Source: Candidatus Bathyarchaeia archaeon
Lineage (GTDB): Bacteria; Patescibacteriota; Microgenomatia; PFEM01; JAFGMK01
DNA: 64,000 nucleotides
Assembly: GCA_035529595.1 (NCBI GenBank)
Contig: DATKWK010000023.1
Location: 78,517-142,516, forward strand
Direction of reading: 5' to 3'
The notes beneath the pieces are model-generated. The model did not search any database. It had not been told where the DNA came from and saw nothing but the letters and a program-made list of their open reading frames with translations. Shown here piece by piece: positions 17,904-28,292 of the stretch. Position 1 is the stretch's first letter. Each line of letters opens with the position of its first letter. A program made the translations under genes and the position numbers.

Positions 17904-18473
17904 TTACCGGACCGGGAAAAGATAGGGAAAATCAATTTCTTTAAGCTCTTCTCCTTCGGCGGTCTTTTCCAATTGATAAATTTTCCCTCCTTGTTCAAAA
18001 ATTCTGTCAACAAAGAGAATTCCTTCCAGATGGTCGTATTCATGTTGGATGACGGTGGCCGCAAAACCCGTAAATTTTTCTTTTTTCCGTTCGCCTTGCA
18101 AATCCTGATAGTAAAGTTGTAGCCATTTGACCCGCTGAACTACCCCGTAGATACCGGGAATTGAAAGACAGCCCTCAAATTTATTCTTAGACTCGGGTAC
18201 TCCCTCGGTGAAGGTTTTTGACTTTTTAATGATTTCCGGATTGATTAAAACCCGGTATTGTTTTTTTTTCGGGTTAAAGACAACCAGAAGGCGCAGTAAT
18301 TTGCCTACTTGAACCGCCGAAAGACCGACGCCGACCGGTTTGCCCTGACGCCCCTCTTTTATTAGAAAAATCATTCTTTGGGATAACTTTTTGATCTGGC
18401 GATCAATTTTGACAATTGGTTTTGATTTCTGCCTCAGTATTGGATTGGATGCAGTAATAATCTTTAGTTTCAT
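17904..18473 (-). CDS. def: Peptide deformylase
   Basis: EGCLSIPG (motif 2) and QHEYDHLEG (HExxH motif 3). Confidence 0.85.
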   Translation of the reverse strand: MKLKIITASNPILRQKSKPIVKIDRQIKKLSQRMIFLIKEGRQGKPVGVGLSAVQVGKLLRLLVVFNPKKKQYRVLINPEIIKKSKTFTEGVPESKNKFEGCLSIPGIYGVVQRVKWLQLYYQDLQGERKKEKFTGFAATVIQHEYDHLEGILFVDRIFEQGGKIYQLEKTAEGEELKEIDFPYLFPVR

Positions 18474-18542
18474 CTGTTCTTTGAGAAATTATACCATTGT
18501 TAATGATTGACGATCTATCACGTACTTGTTTAGAATGTACTT

Positions 18543-21161
18543 ATGATTAAAAAAATCAGTAATCTCTTTTTCTTCGTCTTTCTTGCCTTCTTTATAATAA
18601 TGTTTCTGCCTCTATCCATATACGGTCAAGATTCAAAAAAAGTTTTCTCTTCAAGGAACTTTTCGCTGAGAGAGACGGGCAATAAATTCGCCCCAAATCA
18701 GCTGCTGGTTCAGTTTAAAGATTCTCCTCAGGTTGTTTACGATCAAGAGGTTTCCTTTTCATTGCCGATTCTTAGGCAAAAGGTGTTAGTCCGTCGGGCA
18801 GGTTGGGCAGTAAAAGGAATGAGCGGCGTTACTAAATTAAATAAGAACTATCGAGTCGGTTCAGTCCAAAAATTGGGAGACCGGGGAGTTATGGGGAAAA
18901 TGGTACAAATTTATTTGCCGGAAGGAACCGATCTCGCCAGCGCCATGAGTGACTATTTTCAGGATAAGGATGTCGTCTCAGTTGAACCAAATTATTTCAC
19001 CCAAGCGGCGTGGATACCCAATGATCCTTATTTTTCTCAAAACCCTCTGGACTTTTACCAATGGAACCTTGGTCAAATCAATATGCCACTGGCTTGGGAT
19101 TATCAACCCCGAGGCGGAGCCAGCCCGATAATTGTGGCGGTAATCGATACCGGGATTGCCTTTCAAAATTCAGGGTCTTATCATCAAGCACCGGAACTGG
19201 CTCAAGTTCCCTTTGTTGCTCCTCAGAATTTCAATTCGACTGTCAGTTGTCCTGTGACTTGTGATGACGGTACCGACGGCGATCCTTATGATGACGATTG
19301 TACTTATGCTCCAACACCCTTTCCTCCCAATAGCCAGGCTTTTGACGATAATGGTCATGGAACCCACGTTGCGGGAACGATTGCTCAGCGGACTGACAAT
19401 GCAACCCACGCAGCCGGAATTGCCTTTAATGTTTCACTGATGCCGGTCAAAGTTCTAAATCATTGCGGCAGCGGTACAGCCACGGATATCATTAGGGGAA
19501 TCAATTATATCGTGTCATATCTTAGTACGAATCCGGGGAAAAAAGTTGTCGTCAATATGAGCCTGACTGTTTCCGGTGACTCCGGATTTTTGCATCAGGC
19601 AATTCAGGATGCGGTAACCGGCGGAGCGGTCGTTGTAGCCGCCAGCGGCAATAATGGCTCGTCCAGTGTCAGCTATCCGGCAGTTTATCCTGAAGTGATT
19701 GCGGTCGGGGCGACCCGGCTAGCCAAAACCGGAGCAGTTTATAATAACCTCCGAGCCAACTATTCTCAATACGGACCGGGTCTGGATATCGTCGCGCCCG
19801 GTGGCCAGACCATTAATGATAGCTTTAATGCGTTTCTGGATGTAAATAATGATCTTTTACCTGACGGAATTGTCCAACAGACGATTTATCCGACTGATTT
19901 TACCCGTTTTACACAGGTGAAAAGCGGTCTTCATCCGGTGTTCGGTCTTCAATGTATCAAGGAAATTCAGACCGACCAAGGAACCGGTTATATGATTGAT
20001 GATGAATGCGGAGTTTATCAGGGAACTTCGATGGCCACGCCGCATGTCAGTGCCGCCGTCGCCTTGATGTTAAGCATTAACCCCAATTTAAATCCTGATT
20101 CGATTGTCAGTATGCTTAAAAATACGGCCTCAAAGAGTCTGATACCCGGCTATAATCAGAATGAACACGGAGCCGGTCTTTTAGATGTGGCTGCTGTTTT
20201 GGGTCAGGTAATGACGACGGTAACATCCACTCCCACTCCATCGCTTACTCCGACTTTGAGCCCAACGCCGATATCTACACCGACAACCACTCCGGTTCAT
20301 AGCCCGACACCAACACCAACTTCCGGTTTAACGCCGACGCCGACTGCGACTAAAACTCCAACTCCATCTATTACGATAACCCCGACACAATCTATCTCGC
20401 CAACGCCCAGTACGACACCCACATCGACTCCGGTCCTAACGCCGACGGTAACCCCGACGCCGACAATAACACCCTCGCCAACCCAGACGCCGACGCCGAC
20501 ACCGACCCCGGATCCCGACCATCCGAATTTACGGATTAACTTAAAATTGCAAAATCGCAATAATCATTCCTGTGAGATAGAACTTAAGATTTACAGTGCT
20601 GATAAGCAGGAAATATATGCTCTGGATAATCTTGAAATCAATCAAGACGGCCTATCGTCATCATTCGTCCTGCCGGCTGACGAATCCTTGGTTAATGTTT
20701 CGGTTTGGATTAAAGAATTAACTCATTTAAGCAAGGTAATCAGTGATGTTAATTTGGATCGGGGGGTAGTGACGTCTTTGGATTTCGACAATCTTTTGGC
20801 TGGTGACGTTGCCAGCAATAACAAAGTCGATATTTACGATTATTCCCGTTTAGTTGAGGACTTCGGCTTGACTGAGCAAACGGCCGCCGACTTGGATGGT
20901 GATGGAGAAGTTGATATCTATGATTATGCCTTGTTGGTAGAAAATTTCGGCCAGGTTGGCCAAGTGATTGTTCCGTCATTAACTCCGACCCCGGTTTTAA
21001 CCCCGACTCCTACCCCCACCCCAACTCTCACCCCGACCCCCAGTGTTAGTCCAACTCCAACAGCCACGCTGACTTTGACACCGACACCTACCCAAGTACT
21101 GACGCCCAGTCCGACAATTACGATAGTACCGACTTTATCACCAACACCGACGCCGGTTTAG
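18543..21161 (+). CDS. Secreted subtilisin-like serine protease (peptidase S8) with Pro/Thr-rich linkers and a C-terminal dockerin-like repeat pair
   Basis: Catalytic triad contexts VIDTGI (Asp), [13 protein letters not shown] (His), [15 protein letters not shown] (Ser); signal peptide. Near the C-terminus there are duplicated [17 protein letters not shown] calcium-loop segments ([14 protein letters not shown] / [21 protein letters not shown]) typical of dockerins, flanked by (T/S)P repeats. Confidence 0.8.
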   Translation: MIKKISNLFFFVFLAFFIIMFLPLSIYGQDSKKVFSSRNFSLRETGNKFAPNQLLVQFKDSPQVVYDQEVSFSLPILRQKVLVRRAGWAVKGMSGVTKLNKNYRVGSVQKLGDRGVMGKMVQIYLPEGTDLASAMSDYFQDKDVVSVEPNYFTQAAWIPNDPYFSQNPLDFYQWNLGQINMPLAWDYQPRGGASPIIVAVIDTGIAFQNSGSYHQAPELAQVPFVAPQNFNSTVSCPVTCDDGTDGDPYDDDCTYAPTPFPPNSQAFDDNGHGTHVAGTIAQRTDNATHAAGIAFNVSLMPVKVLNHCGSGTATDIIRGINYIVSYLSTNPGKKVVVNMSLTVSGDSGFLHQAIQDAVTGGAVVVAASGNNGSSSVSYPAVYPEVIAVGATRLAKTGAVYNNLRANYSQYGPGLDIVAPGGQTINDSFNAFLDVNNDLLPDGIVQQTIYPTDFTRFTQVKSGLHPVFGLQCIKEIQTDQGTGYMIDDECGVYQGTSMATPHVSAAVALMLSINPNLNPDSIVSMLKNTASKSLIPGYNQNEHGAGLLDVAAVLGQVMTTVTSTPTPSLTPTLSPTPISTPTTTPVHSPTPTPTSGLTPTPTATKTPTPSITITPTQSISPTPSTTPTSTPVLTPTVTPTPTITPSPTQTPTPTPTPDPDHPNLRINLKLQNRNNHSCEIELKIYSADKQEIYALDNLEINQDGLSSSFVLPADESLVNVSVWIKELTHLSKVISDVNLDRGVVTSLDFDNLLAGDVASNNKVDIYDYSRLVEDFGLTEQTAADLDGDGEVDIYDYALLVENFGQVGQVIVPSLTPTPVLTPTPTPTPTLTPTPSVSPTPTATLTLTPTPTQVLTPSPTITIVPTLSPTPTPV

Positions 21162-21194
21162 AACTCTTATAATGAAATAGCCCAGGAGGTATAA

Positions 21195-21794
21195 ATGAAA
21201 GGAGAAAAACAAGATTTTCAACCAACGGTTGCTTCCGAAAGAAGGAAACGACTTATTTTGCTGTTGTTTGTTTTCCTGATTTTACTTTTATTAATCGGCT
21301 GGCAGAAAGCACGATCGGCAAGATATGTTCCGCCCCCGATTAAATTTGAAAAAGAAGTTTCTCCCCGGGCTGATAGCCGTTTGTGGTTTGAACCGGAAAA
21401 TATTGAGGTAAAAATAAATTCTATTTTCCCCTTGATGATAAAAGTTGACACCGGACAAAATACCGCTGCCGCTGTCAAAATTGCCTTAAAATTTGATCCG
21501 GAAGTTTTGGAAGTAATTGATCTCATCCCCAGTGATTTTTTTCAACCGCCGCTGATTCTGGAAAAAAAGACCAATAATGTTGCCGGCACTATTTTTGTAA
21601 CCTTGGCTTGTCCGCCCGAACAGCCCAAACAGGGCAGCGGTAATTTATTTCTGGTTAACTATAAGGTTAAAGAAATCAGCAGTAAAAAGACGACTACAGT
21701 TGAGTTTCTGCCTCAAACTGAAATTGCCGCAATTAAAGAGCAGGGTAGCGTTTTAAAATTTCCCGAGAAGGCTACTATTGCCGTGGTTGAATAA
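21195..21794 (+). CDS. Membrane-anchored cohesin-like domain protein (199 aa)
   Basis: N-terminal TM. A beta-rich domain (...AAAVKIALKFDPEVLEVIDLIPSDFF...GNLFLVNYKVKEI...) is paralogous to the next gene and resembles cohesin modules. Confidence 0.45.
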   Translation: MKGEKQDFQPTVASERRKRLILLLFVFLILLLLIGWQKARSARYVPPPIKFEKEVSPRADSRLWFEPENIEVKINSIFPLMIKVDTGQNTAAAVKIALKFDPEVLEVIDLIPSDFFQPPLILEKKTNNVAGTIFVTLACPPEQPKQGSGNLFLVNYKVKEISSKKTTTVEFLPQTEIAAIKEQGSVLKFPEKATIAVVE

Positions 21795-22711
21795 TGAGTA
21801 AAGTCAAACTTTTTCTGGTAGTCATTGGTTTGATTCTGGTTTTGGCCGGGGTAGTTATCGGCGTTATTTTGGTCCGTCGGCGCCAGGAAGCCAGACTTAA
21901 GGCAGCGCCGGCGACGACACTCTCTTTCAGGCCGGCTGCCGTAACTGCAGAACAGGGGGGGAGTTTTGCTCTCGAAATCGTCGTTGATAGCGGCGAAAAT
22001 ACTCTGGCCGCAGTTGAGCTTCATCTAGCTTATGATCCTGAATATTTTGAGGTTTCCTCGATTATACCCGGTTCTTTTTTCGACTCACCGGTAGAGCTTA
22101 AGAAGGATACTGGTACTCTTGGTAGGATTGTTTATATTCTCGGTTGCCGTCCGGAGGGAGCTCAACAGGGTCAGGGTACTTTGGCAAGTCTGACTTTTTC
22201 GGTTAAACCTGATGCTGCTTCAGGAGTACCTTCGGAAATTAGTTTTTTGGCTTCGAGCCAGGCAGCCGGAATCAGTGAGGGCCAGGAAAATGTCGTCGTT
22301 GGTACTACTTCCTGTTTGGTGACGGTGGCCCAGGTTCAGCCTAGCGTGACACCAACTATAGCGCCAAGTTTAACACCGACTTTAGCGTCAACACCTACCT
22401 TAGTGCCATCAGCAACACCGACGCCAACGACACCTCCTTTACCGCCAACGGCTACCCCGACCCAGGCAGCCAGCTCGACTCCGACAGTTCCTGCTCCGAC
22501 TGCCACACCCACTCGCCAGCCGACTACCGTCCCGTCCAACACGCCGACTCCTCGTCCGACCGCCACACCAGTGCCGACTTCAGCGCCGGGCTTGACGGCA
22601 ACTCCGACTCCTCATTCAACAGTGCCGGTAACCGGTGGATTATGGCCAACCGCGGGTTTGTTTTTGGGAGCTTTACTGCTGGTATTTTTTGGTGTTGTTT
22701 ATACCTGGTGA
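21794..22711 (+). CDS. Cohesin-like domain protein with Pro/Thr-rich stalk and C-terminal hydrophobic anchor (305 aa)
   Basis: N-terminal TM/signal. Cohesin-like domain (...LAAVELHLAYDPEYFEVSSIIPGSFF...GTLASLTFSVKP...). Long TP(T/S) linker. C-terminal VPVTGGLWPTAGLFLGALLLVFFGVVYTW, a sorting-signal-like anchor lacking a basic tail. Confidence 0.5.
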   Translation: MSKVKLFLVVIGLILVLAGVVIGVILVRRRQEARLKAAPATTLSFRPAAVTAEQGGSFALEIVVDSGENTLAAVELHLAYDPEYFEVSSIIPGSFFDSPVELKKDTGTLGRIVYILGCRPEGAQQGQGTLASLTFSVKPDAASGVPSEISFLASSQAAGISEGQENVVVGTTSCLVTVAQVQPSVTPTIAPSLTPTLASTPTLVPSATPTPTTPPLPPTATPTQAASSTPTVPAPTATPTRQPTTVPSNTPTPRPTATPVPTSAPGLTATPTPHSTVPVTGGLWPTAGLFLGALLLVFFGVVYTW

Positions 22712-23265
22712 TTTTGATGCCTTTCAACTTTGAAAATCTCCAGTTTAACCGTTTCGTGAGGGAAAAGGCCGGCTTTTTGATAGCAAATTTTGATTTGTTC
22801 AGAAGCAGAGTTTACTTCCGGAATATCAGGTAAGAGTAGCCCCTTCCGTCCGCCTTGACCGGTTACAATCAGGCCGTATTTTCTCGGATCTAAAATTTCA
22901 GGCCGGCGATTACCAATCCTGAAATTTTGAGTTACCGGCTGAGGTTCTGAAAGGACATCAACCGAAATGTCCAACTTTGGTAGTTCGTTTGAGCTGACTG
23001 CTGGAAATCGCGGATCCTGGGTGGCGGCACCGATAGCATTGGCGATAATTTCTTCGGCGATATTTCTTTGGATTGGTAAAATTGTGCCGATACAACCCCG
23101 CAATGTTCCGTCTTTTCGATGAATCGAGACAAAAACTCCACTTCGTTTCCGAGTCATTTCCCCGGGCAGTGACGCCGGGATACTTATTATTTGGTGGCTT
23201 TGGAGATATTGGCTTATTGCTTCTCTGGCCAGCCGGCGATAGGGGTCTTTATTTTTTTTATTCAT
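22699..23265 (-). CDS. AMMECR1 domain protein (AmmeMemoRadiSam system protein A)
   Basis: ...RSGVFVSIHRKDGTLRGCIGTILP... (GCIG motif). Confidence 0.75.
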   Translation of the reverse strand: MNKKNKDPYRRLAREAISQYLQSHQIISIPASLPGEMTRKRSGVFVSIHRKDGTLRGCIGTILPIQRNIAEEIIANAIGAATQDPRFPAVSSNELPKLDISVDVLSEPQPVTQNFRIGNRRPEILDPRKYGLIVTGQGGRKGLLLPDIPEVNSASEQIKICYQKAGLFPHETVKLEIFKVERHQNHQV

Positions 23266-23275
23266 GGCAGTTTTT

Positions 23276-24013
23276 TTAAAGCAGCCGGGCGACTAGGTAA
23301 CCAACCCCAAACGGCCCTTCGTAGGAGAGAATTTTCGGTTGCCAATTAATATTTTTCTCTTCTAAAGCACCCAATAGCAGGCAGAAAGAACGCAGGCCGC
23401 ATTCACCGGCTTCTTCAATTAAATTTGAATTAAGGCTTAAGATAGCCTCAATATTCTTCTTTTTCAACAAACCGATGAATTTTTGATCGAATTTCGGTCC
23501 CGAGGGGTGAAGTCCGTAGGGACCGTCTTTCTTCAATCGATGGCTCATGTCGCCTGAGGCAATCCAGGCGACTCGTTTTTCCTTCGGTAAGTTGGCAGTA
23601 ATTTCTTTTCCCCATCCAAAATGCTTCTTGGGTGAATCAAGAGTTGTTAATATAGGTTGGACGGTTAGTTTATCAGGTTCGATAAGTTTAAAGTCAGCCG
23701 GATTCTGATAATCTAAAATTTTGATTTGAGTTTTAAGCTTTGAGACTAAGAAGAAAAGCGGCACTTCAATGCCCCAGTCAGGATGAGGAGAGGAGACAAT
23801 AATCAAATCCGGCTTGGTTTTGGCTAATTCCGGGGCTAATTTTTCCAAACTGGAAATTGTTTCTTTGACTCTGGCCCGGTCAGTCTCTCCGCCGATATGG
23901 GGCAGAAGTAAAGGCGGATGAGGCGAAATACAGGCAAAAACAAGCATATCTTGGCTATCAGTATAGCGGTTAATTTTCAACAAGACAAGAATCAAGCTTG
24001 ATTCTTGAGTCAA
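23276..24013 (-). CDS. MEMO1-like protein (AmmeMemoRadiSam system protein B; class III extradiol dioxygenase B-subunit-like fold)
   Basis: ACISPHPPLLLPHIGG and SPHPDWG His-containing motifs. Adjacent to AMMECR1 and the radical SAM partner. Confidence 0.65.
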   Translation of the reverse strand: MTQESSLILVLLKINRYTDSQDMLVFACISPHPPLLLPHIGGETDRARVKETISSLEKLAPELAKTKPDLIIVSSPHPDWGIEVPLFFLVSKLKTQIKILDYQNPADFKLIEPDKLTVQPILTTLDSPKKHFGWGKEITANLPKEKRVAWIASGDMSHRLKKDGPYGLHPSGPKFDQKFIGLLKKKNIEAILSLNSNLIEEAGECGLRSFCLLLGALEEKNINWQPKILSYEGPFGVGYLVARLL

Positions 24014-24058
24014 AAATTGTTATAAGCTAATCTTATTTTTGAAAAAGGAGTCTTATCA

Positions 24059-24493
24059 ATGAATCAGATAGAAGCGACTGAAGCACATTTTCTCAGAATG
24101 GCAGCTATTTCAGAGGAACTAATACTGGATCCTGTACCGTTGGTAACTGGTGAGGAATTAGAAGCAAGAAGAAAAGATGCTAGGGCTTGTAGCTGTTTAA
24201 TTTCACCAGATGAAATGGATCGTCTTATAGCGGCGGGAAAAGCAATTTACGGTTCGTCATTTGGTGGCGCCCTTGTCTTAAAAGTACAGGCAGGTAATGG
24301 AGAGGAACGATCTTACATGCAATGTAAGGACTGTGGTTGGGTGTCTAATACAAGAGCAGGTAATGCCGTTCCCCATTTATCTCTGGGAATAGATGGCTCT
24401 AGCCCGGTTGTTACAATTCATTGTTCAGTATGTTATGGTGAGATAGGCAGCTTCCTCCTAGCATGTCGGGAAGGTGTGGCTATCTCAAAATGA
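24059..24493 (+). CDS. Hypothetical Cys-containing protein (144 aa) on the opposite strand, inside the AmmeMemoRadiSam locus
   Basis: CKDCGW...HCSVCYGE zinc-ribbon-like Cys pairs. No known motif. Confidence 0.35.
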   Translation: MNQIEATEAHFLRMAAISEELILDPVPLVTGEELEARRKDARACSCLISPDEMDRLIAAGKAIYGSSFGGALVLKVQAGNGEERSYMQCKDCGWVSNTRAGNAVPHLSLGIDGSSPVVTIHCSVCYGEIGSFLLACREGVAISK

Positions 24494-25553
24494 GATTTAA
24501 GCTCTCAGTACATTTTTTACAGTTGCCTTTTTTATCAACCGCTAAAATTTTCGGTTGCCAAAGGCTTCTTTTAATTGCCAGAGTTTTACATTTGGGACAA
24601 TAAGTATCGCCTTTGGCAAAAACGCCGCCGTTAAAATCAATTCCCGGTGCCCAAATATAGACAAATTCCAGGCCCGCTTGACGGCCGATTTTTTCCGCTT
24701 TCAGTAATTGCTCACGGCTCGGCGCTGGAATTTTAGCAAACTCCTGATCCGGAGCCATATCCGGGGAATAACGCGACAGGTGCCAGGGAACTTTGGGGCT
24801 TAAATTACGAGCGATCCAGTCGGCCATGGCTTTGAGTTCTTTCGGATCGTCATTAACGCCGGGAATCAGAACAGTTGTGATTTCAAGATGGATACCGTAT
24901 TTTTTATAAGCATATTTGGTCATTTCTAAAAGCTGCCCCCAATAAGCATCCATACGGTTGTAGGTTTTTTGAGAAAAGCCCTTAAAGTCAATGTTGGCGG
25001 CGTCAATATAAGGCCCGATGGTATCAAGGGCTTCTTTGCTCCAACAGCCGTTAGTGACAAAAAGCGTTTTTAAACCTTTAATTTTTGCTAGTCTTGCGGT
25101 CTCCAGGACAAACTCAAGCCACAAAGTCGGCTCATTATAGGTAAAAGCGATACTGGGCAGATGAGCATTGAGGCAAAGTTTAACTATTTGCTCCGGTTTA
25201 ACAGCTTCTTGCTCTTTTTCCTGACGGCGCTTTTTTAAAATTGACGACGACGGTTCGCCCCAGGAACACCACCAGTTGAGGCATTGTTTGCAGCGGTAAT
25301 TACAGCCGAAAGAGCCGACAGAGAGAGTCTGGGTGCCGGGAAGAAAGTGGTAAAACGGTTTTTTCTCAACCGGGTCGGCAGAAGGCGCACCGTTTAATAA
25401 ACCGTAATTCAGGCTGTAAAGAAGACCATTTTTATTAAGTCTGGTGAGGCAAAAACCAACTTGGTCGGGTGCAATTCGGCAATAGCGCTGGCAAGTCAAA
25501 CATTGGACCTGGCCTTTGGTCAAATTTTTATAAAGAAGTGCTTTCTTCATCAA
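24480..25553 (-). CDS. Radical SAM enzyme (AmmeMemoRadiSam system radical SAM protein, PFL-activase-like)
   Basis: CNYRCKQC (CxxxCxxC). Additional C-terminal Cys cluster CPKCK...CKKC. Confidence 0.8.
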   Translation of the reverse strand: MMKKALLYKNLTKGQVQCLTCQRYCRIAPDQVGFCLTRLNKNGLLYSLNYGLLNGAPSADPVEKKPFYHFLPGTQTLSVGSFGCNYRCKQCLNWWCSWGEPSSSILKKRRQEKEQEAVKPEQIVKLCLNAHLPSIAFTYNEPTLWLEFVLETARLAKIKGLKTLFVTNGCWSKEALDTIGPYIDAANIDFKGFSQKTYNRMDAYWGQLLEMTKYAYKKYGIHLEITTVLIPGVNDDPKELKAMADWIARNLSPKVPWHLSRYSPDMAPDQEFAKIPAPSREQLLKAEKIGRQAGLEFVYIWAPGIDFNGGVFAKGDTYCPKCKTLAIKRSLWQPKILAVDKKGNCKKCTESLNLILR

Positions 25554-25588
25554 GTAGAGTTTAGCAAAAGACCGGCAAATTTTCTATT

Positions 25589-27772
25589 TTAATTATAAAT
25601 CTTTTGCCAGTTATCAATTAATTTCTTAATTTCTTCATCTTGCGGGTCGATTTTTTCAATAATATATTCCAACTGTTCCAGGGCTTCTTTCTTCTTCCCT
25701 TGTTCCTGCAAATAAAGAGCTAAGGCAAAGCGAGCTTCTTTATAATTCGGCTTCATTTGAATCGTTTTCTGAAGAGTGGCCAGGGCAGTTTGCGTTTGGT
25801 CCAATTGCTTATATAGAAGAGCCAGATTATAAAAGATTTTGGCATCAGTTGGCGCCAGTTCACTGGTTTTAATTAAAGTTTTGAGAGCTTCCAGGTGAAA
25901 ACCGGGGTCAATCTCTGCCAGCCGCAGGAATATCCGGGTCCGGTTTTTCCAAAAGTTAAGATGATACGGACTAATTGTCAGTGCTTTGTCAGACTGTTTG
26001 ATTGCCAGCAGCGCCATTTGGGCGGCAAGGGTAGCTTCTTTTTGAAGAAATGACGCTTCGGCTAAAGCCGCCGCTTCAAGAGCTAACTCATCATGGTATA
26101 CCGGCTCGTCCGGTCTCAGATTAACTGCTTTTTGGGCGGCGTCAAATGCCTGTTGATAATAATTGGCCGAATGATACTGGTCGGCTTTAGCCAGCCAATA
26201 GTCGGCATACCATGATTGAAGAATGAAAAGTAAAGAGGTAAGGGTGAAGAGAATAACCACGCCTATTAGCAGATGTTGGCTAAGATTGATTTTGTTTGGC
26301 AGTTTGATTTTTTTTCGCTGGTGAATTTCAGTCGTGGCAAAACTGATTGCCGGAAAAAGAAAGAAAAAAAGGCCAACGGAAACCACCGAAAAACCCAAGA
26401 AGTTTGTGATCAGAATACTGGTAAAGCCAGAAAGGAGCGCCAAATGCAAATTACGGTTTAAAGTGAATGGTTTTTTATCAGGAACTTTTAATTTTTTCAG
26501 GCTCCAGTAAATAAAAGATCCGATTAATAACAAATAACTGCCTAAGCCAACTATTCCACTAGTGGCCAGGAAATTCAGGAATTCATTGTGAGCTTTGTTA
26601 TAAAGGAAGTCCCATTCGGAAACCAGATTATGCTCAACCGGCCGGTAATTGTAATAGGAATAAGCAAAGGTCTCCACGCCCGAGCCAAGCAGGGGATAAT
26701 GGCGCCAGATCTCAACTGCTCCTTGCCAGACAATTTTCCGGATATCACCGGACGAGCTAATTTGCACCCATTCAGGTTTTTCCACTGGCCGGGCAATGTT
26801 TAATTTAATCAATAACCAGTCTTTAGCCGGGTTGTTGGTTACTGAAGTTAAAGCCAGAACGATAAAGGAAAAAATGAGCAGTTGTCTGATTTTTATTATA
26901 GTATTAGACTTGGTTTTTACGAGGAAAATAAGCACCCAGAAGACTAAATAGGCAACGCCAAAAGCCAACAAACCCGATCTTGATTTAGTAAAAATCAGGC
27001 AAAGATAAAAGATAGTAAATAACAAATAATAAACCGCCGTTAAAGGTAAATGAGACTTTTTCCTCGTATTCCCGGTCTGGTTTTGACTTAAAACCAGGCT
27101 AATTGGAATGAAAATTAAGGCTGTTAAGTAGGCTGCCAACCAATTAGGTTGGCCGAGGGTCGAAAAAACCCGGTTTTGCACATCCTGAACCCAGTAATTT
27201 TTATCAATACCGAAGTGTTCAAGAACCCCGTAACCGGCAACCAATAAGGCCGAAATAAGAATTATTCTGATACAGTGAACCCATCTTGGAGGAGTTATGA
27301 CTTTCGTTCCGTCTGCGCTTCGCTTCAGCCTGACGCCATTCGAAGTGTTTATCTCCGCCATATTGTTTGTAAATGCCCAGTAAAGCAACAGATAACAGAT
27401 CGTTGAAGCCAATCCGCCGTGAGCGCGAGTATAATAGCCCCAAATTGAAGTATGAGGATCGAGGGAAAAGATGGTTGAAAGTAATTGAGAAAAGAAAAAG
27501 ATTAGCAGGGGAATATCCCAGAAACTGCGCCGGAAAATAAATTTTCTGCTGGTAATCATCTTCATTAACCAGGCGGCAACGATGATCGTAGTCAGGCAGT
27601 AAACGGAGATCATTTTGCTGAACTCAAAAAGTTCGTAATTCCAGGGAGTCAGGATTAAAGGGACAAGGAGAAAAAGCAGGTAAAAACCGGCTTTGATAAT
27701 TTTATCGCTTAGGTTAAAGATTTTTTCGGCCACTGATTTTTTATTGTAATTCATCAGTATTAAAATTACCAC
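25589..27772 (-). CDS. O-antigen ligase/polymerase-like polytopic membrane protein fused to C-terminal TPR repeats
   Basis: About 12 TM helices in the N-terminal 500 aa. C-terminal 200 aa are TPR-like repeats (YYQQAFDAAQKAV..., ALKTLIKTSELAP..., YNLALLYKQLDQTQTAL...). Confidence 0.6.
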   Translation of the reverse strand: MVILILMNYNKKSVAEKIFNLSDKIIKAGFYLLFLLVPLILTPWNYELFEFSKMISVYCLTTIIVAAWLMKMITSRKFIFRRSFWDIPLLIFFFSQLLSTIFSLDPHTSIWGYYTRAHGGLASTICYLLLYWAFTNNMAEINTSNGVRLKRSADGTKVITPPRWVHCIRIILISALLVAGYGVLEHFGIDKNYWVQDVQNRVFSTLGQPNWLAAYLTALIFIPISLVLSQNQTGNTRKKSHLPLTAVYYLLFTIFYLCLIFTKSRSGLLAFGVAYLVFWVLIFLVKTKSNTIIKIRQLLIFSFIVLALTSVTNNPAKDWLLIKLNIARPVEKPEWVQISSSGDIRKIVWQGAVEIWRHYPLLGSGVETFAYSYYNYRPVEHNLVSEWDFLYNKAHNEFLNFLATSGIVGLGSYLLLIGSFIYWSLKKLKVPDKKPFTLNRNLHLALLSGFTSILITNFLGFSVVSVGLFFFLFPAISFATTEIHQRKKIKLPNKINLSQHLLIGVVILFTLTSLLFILQSWYADYWLAKADQYHSANYYQQAFDAAQKAVNLRPDEPVYHDELALEAAALAEASFLQKEATLAAQMALLAIKQSDKALTISPYHLNFWKNRTRIFLRLAEIDPGFHLEALKTLIKTSELAPTDAKIFYNLALLYKQLDQTQTALATLQKTIQMKPNYKEARFALALYLQEQGKKKEALEQLEYIIEKIDPQDEEIKKLIDNWQKIYN

Positions 27773-27792
27773 CGAATCCTGGGGCGTAAGGG

Positions 27793-27893
27793 TTCAGATT
27801 TCTTGACACACTTTATCATCCTGAACTTAATTCAGGATCTATATAGATTCCGTGTCAAGCACGGAATGACGGGATTGTGTCAAAGAATCTGAG
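27793..27893 (+). mobile_element. MITE-like structured repeat, copy A (about 100 bp, terminal inverted repeats TCAGATTTCTTGACACAC / GTGTCAAAGAATCTGA, two internal hairpins)
   Basis: Near-identical copies at 49242-49342 (+) and 58197-58296 (-). Confidence 0.75.
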
Positions 27894-28018
27894 TAATCAC
27901 CCTGATGTTCCTGAAATTGAAGGTTACTGTTAAAAGACAACTTAAAGTGGAATCCTATAGTAATTGATATTAGTAATATTTTATGATATAGTAACTTTGC
28001 TTTAGAGACCTTGTTGCT

Positions 28019-28041
28019 AAGCCTCTAAAAGAGGTTTTTTG
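28019..28041 (+). terminator. Intrinsic terminator-like hairpin + T-run
   Basis: AAGCCTCTaaaAGAGGTTTTTTG. Confidence 0.5.
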
Positions 28042-28082
28042 TTCTTTAAAAATCCGGGATAATGATAAATTACCGCCTTTGC

Positions 28083-28142
28083 TTCTGCCGCAAAAAAGAG
28101 TCGGCAATTAATTTGCCGGCTGCTTCTTTTTTGCGGCAGAAA
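28083..28142. promoter_or_regulatory. About 60-bp imperfect palindrome (CTGCCGCAAAAAAGAG...GGCAATTAATTTGCC...CTTCTTTTTTGCGGCAG)
   Basis: The arms are reverse complements of each other, centred on AATTAATT. Lies in a roughly 500-bp non-coding gap. Confidence 0.5.
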
Positions 28143-28292
28143 ATCCCTCTTGCTTATTTTTTCTCCTGTCTGTTGGGTCACTTGCGACCCATGCCGGACT
28201 AGCTTTTTTGTTGTTTCCGAAACTTCGGAACGAGCGGACAGAAAGCGAAAAGAGAAAGATAAGTAAGGGGATCAAAAAGGGGGTGAAAAAAA

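Noticed and set aside
20297-20560. Minus-strand ORFs (VGVGVG...-rich) inside the S8 protease and cohesin genes, also at 22336-22566
   Set aside because: They are antisense translations of the (T/S)P-repeat linker DNA and are low-complexity artefacts.
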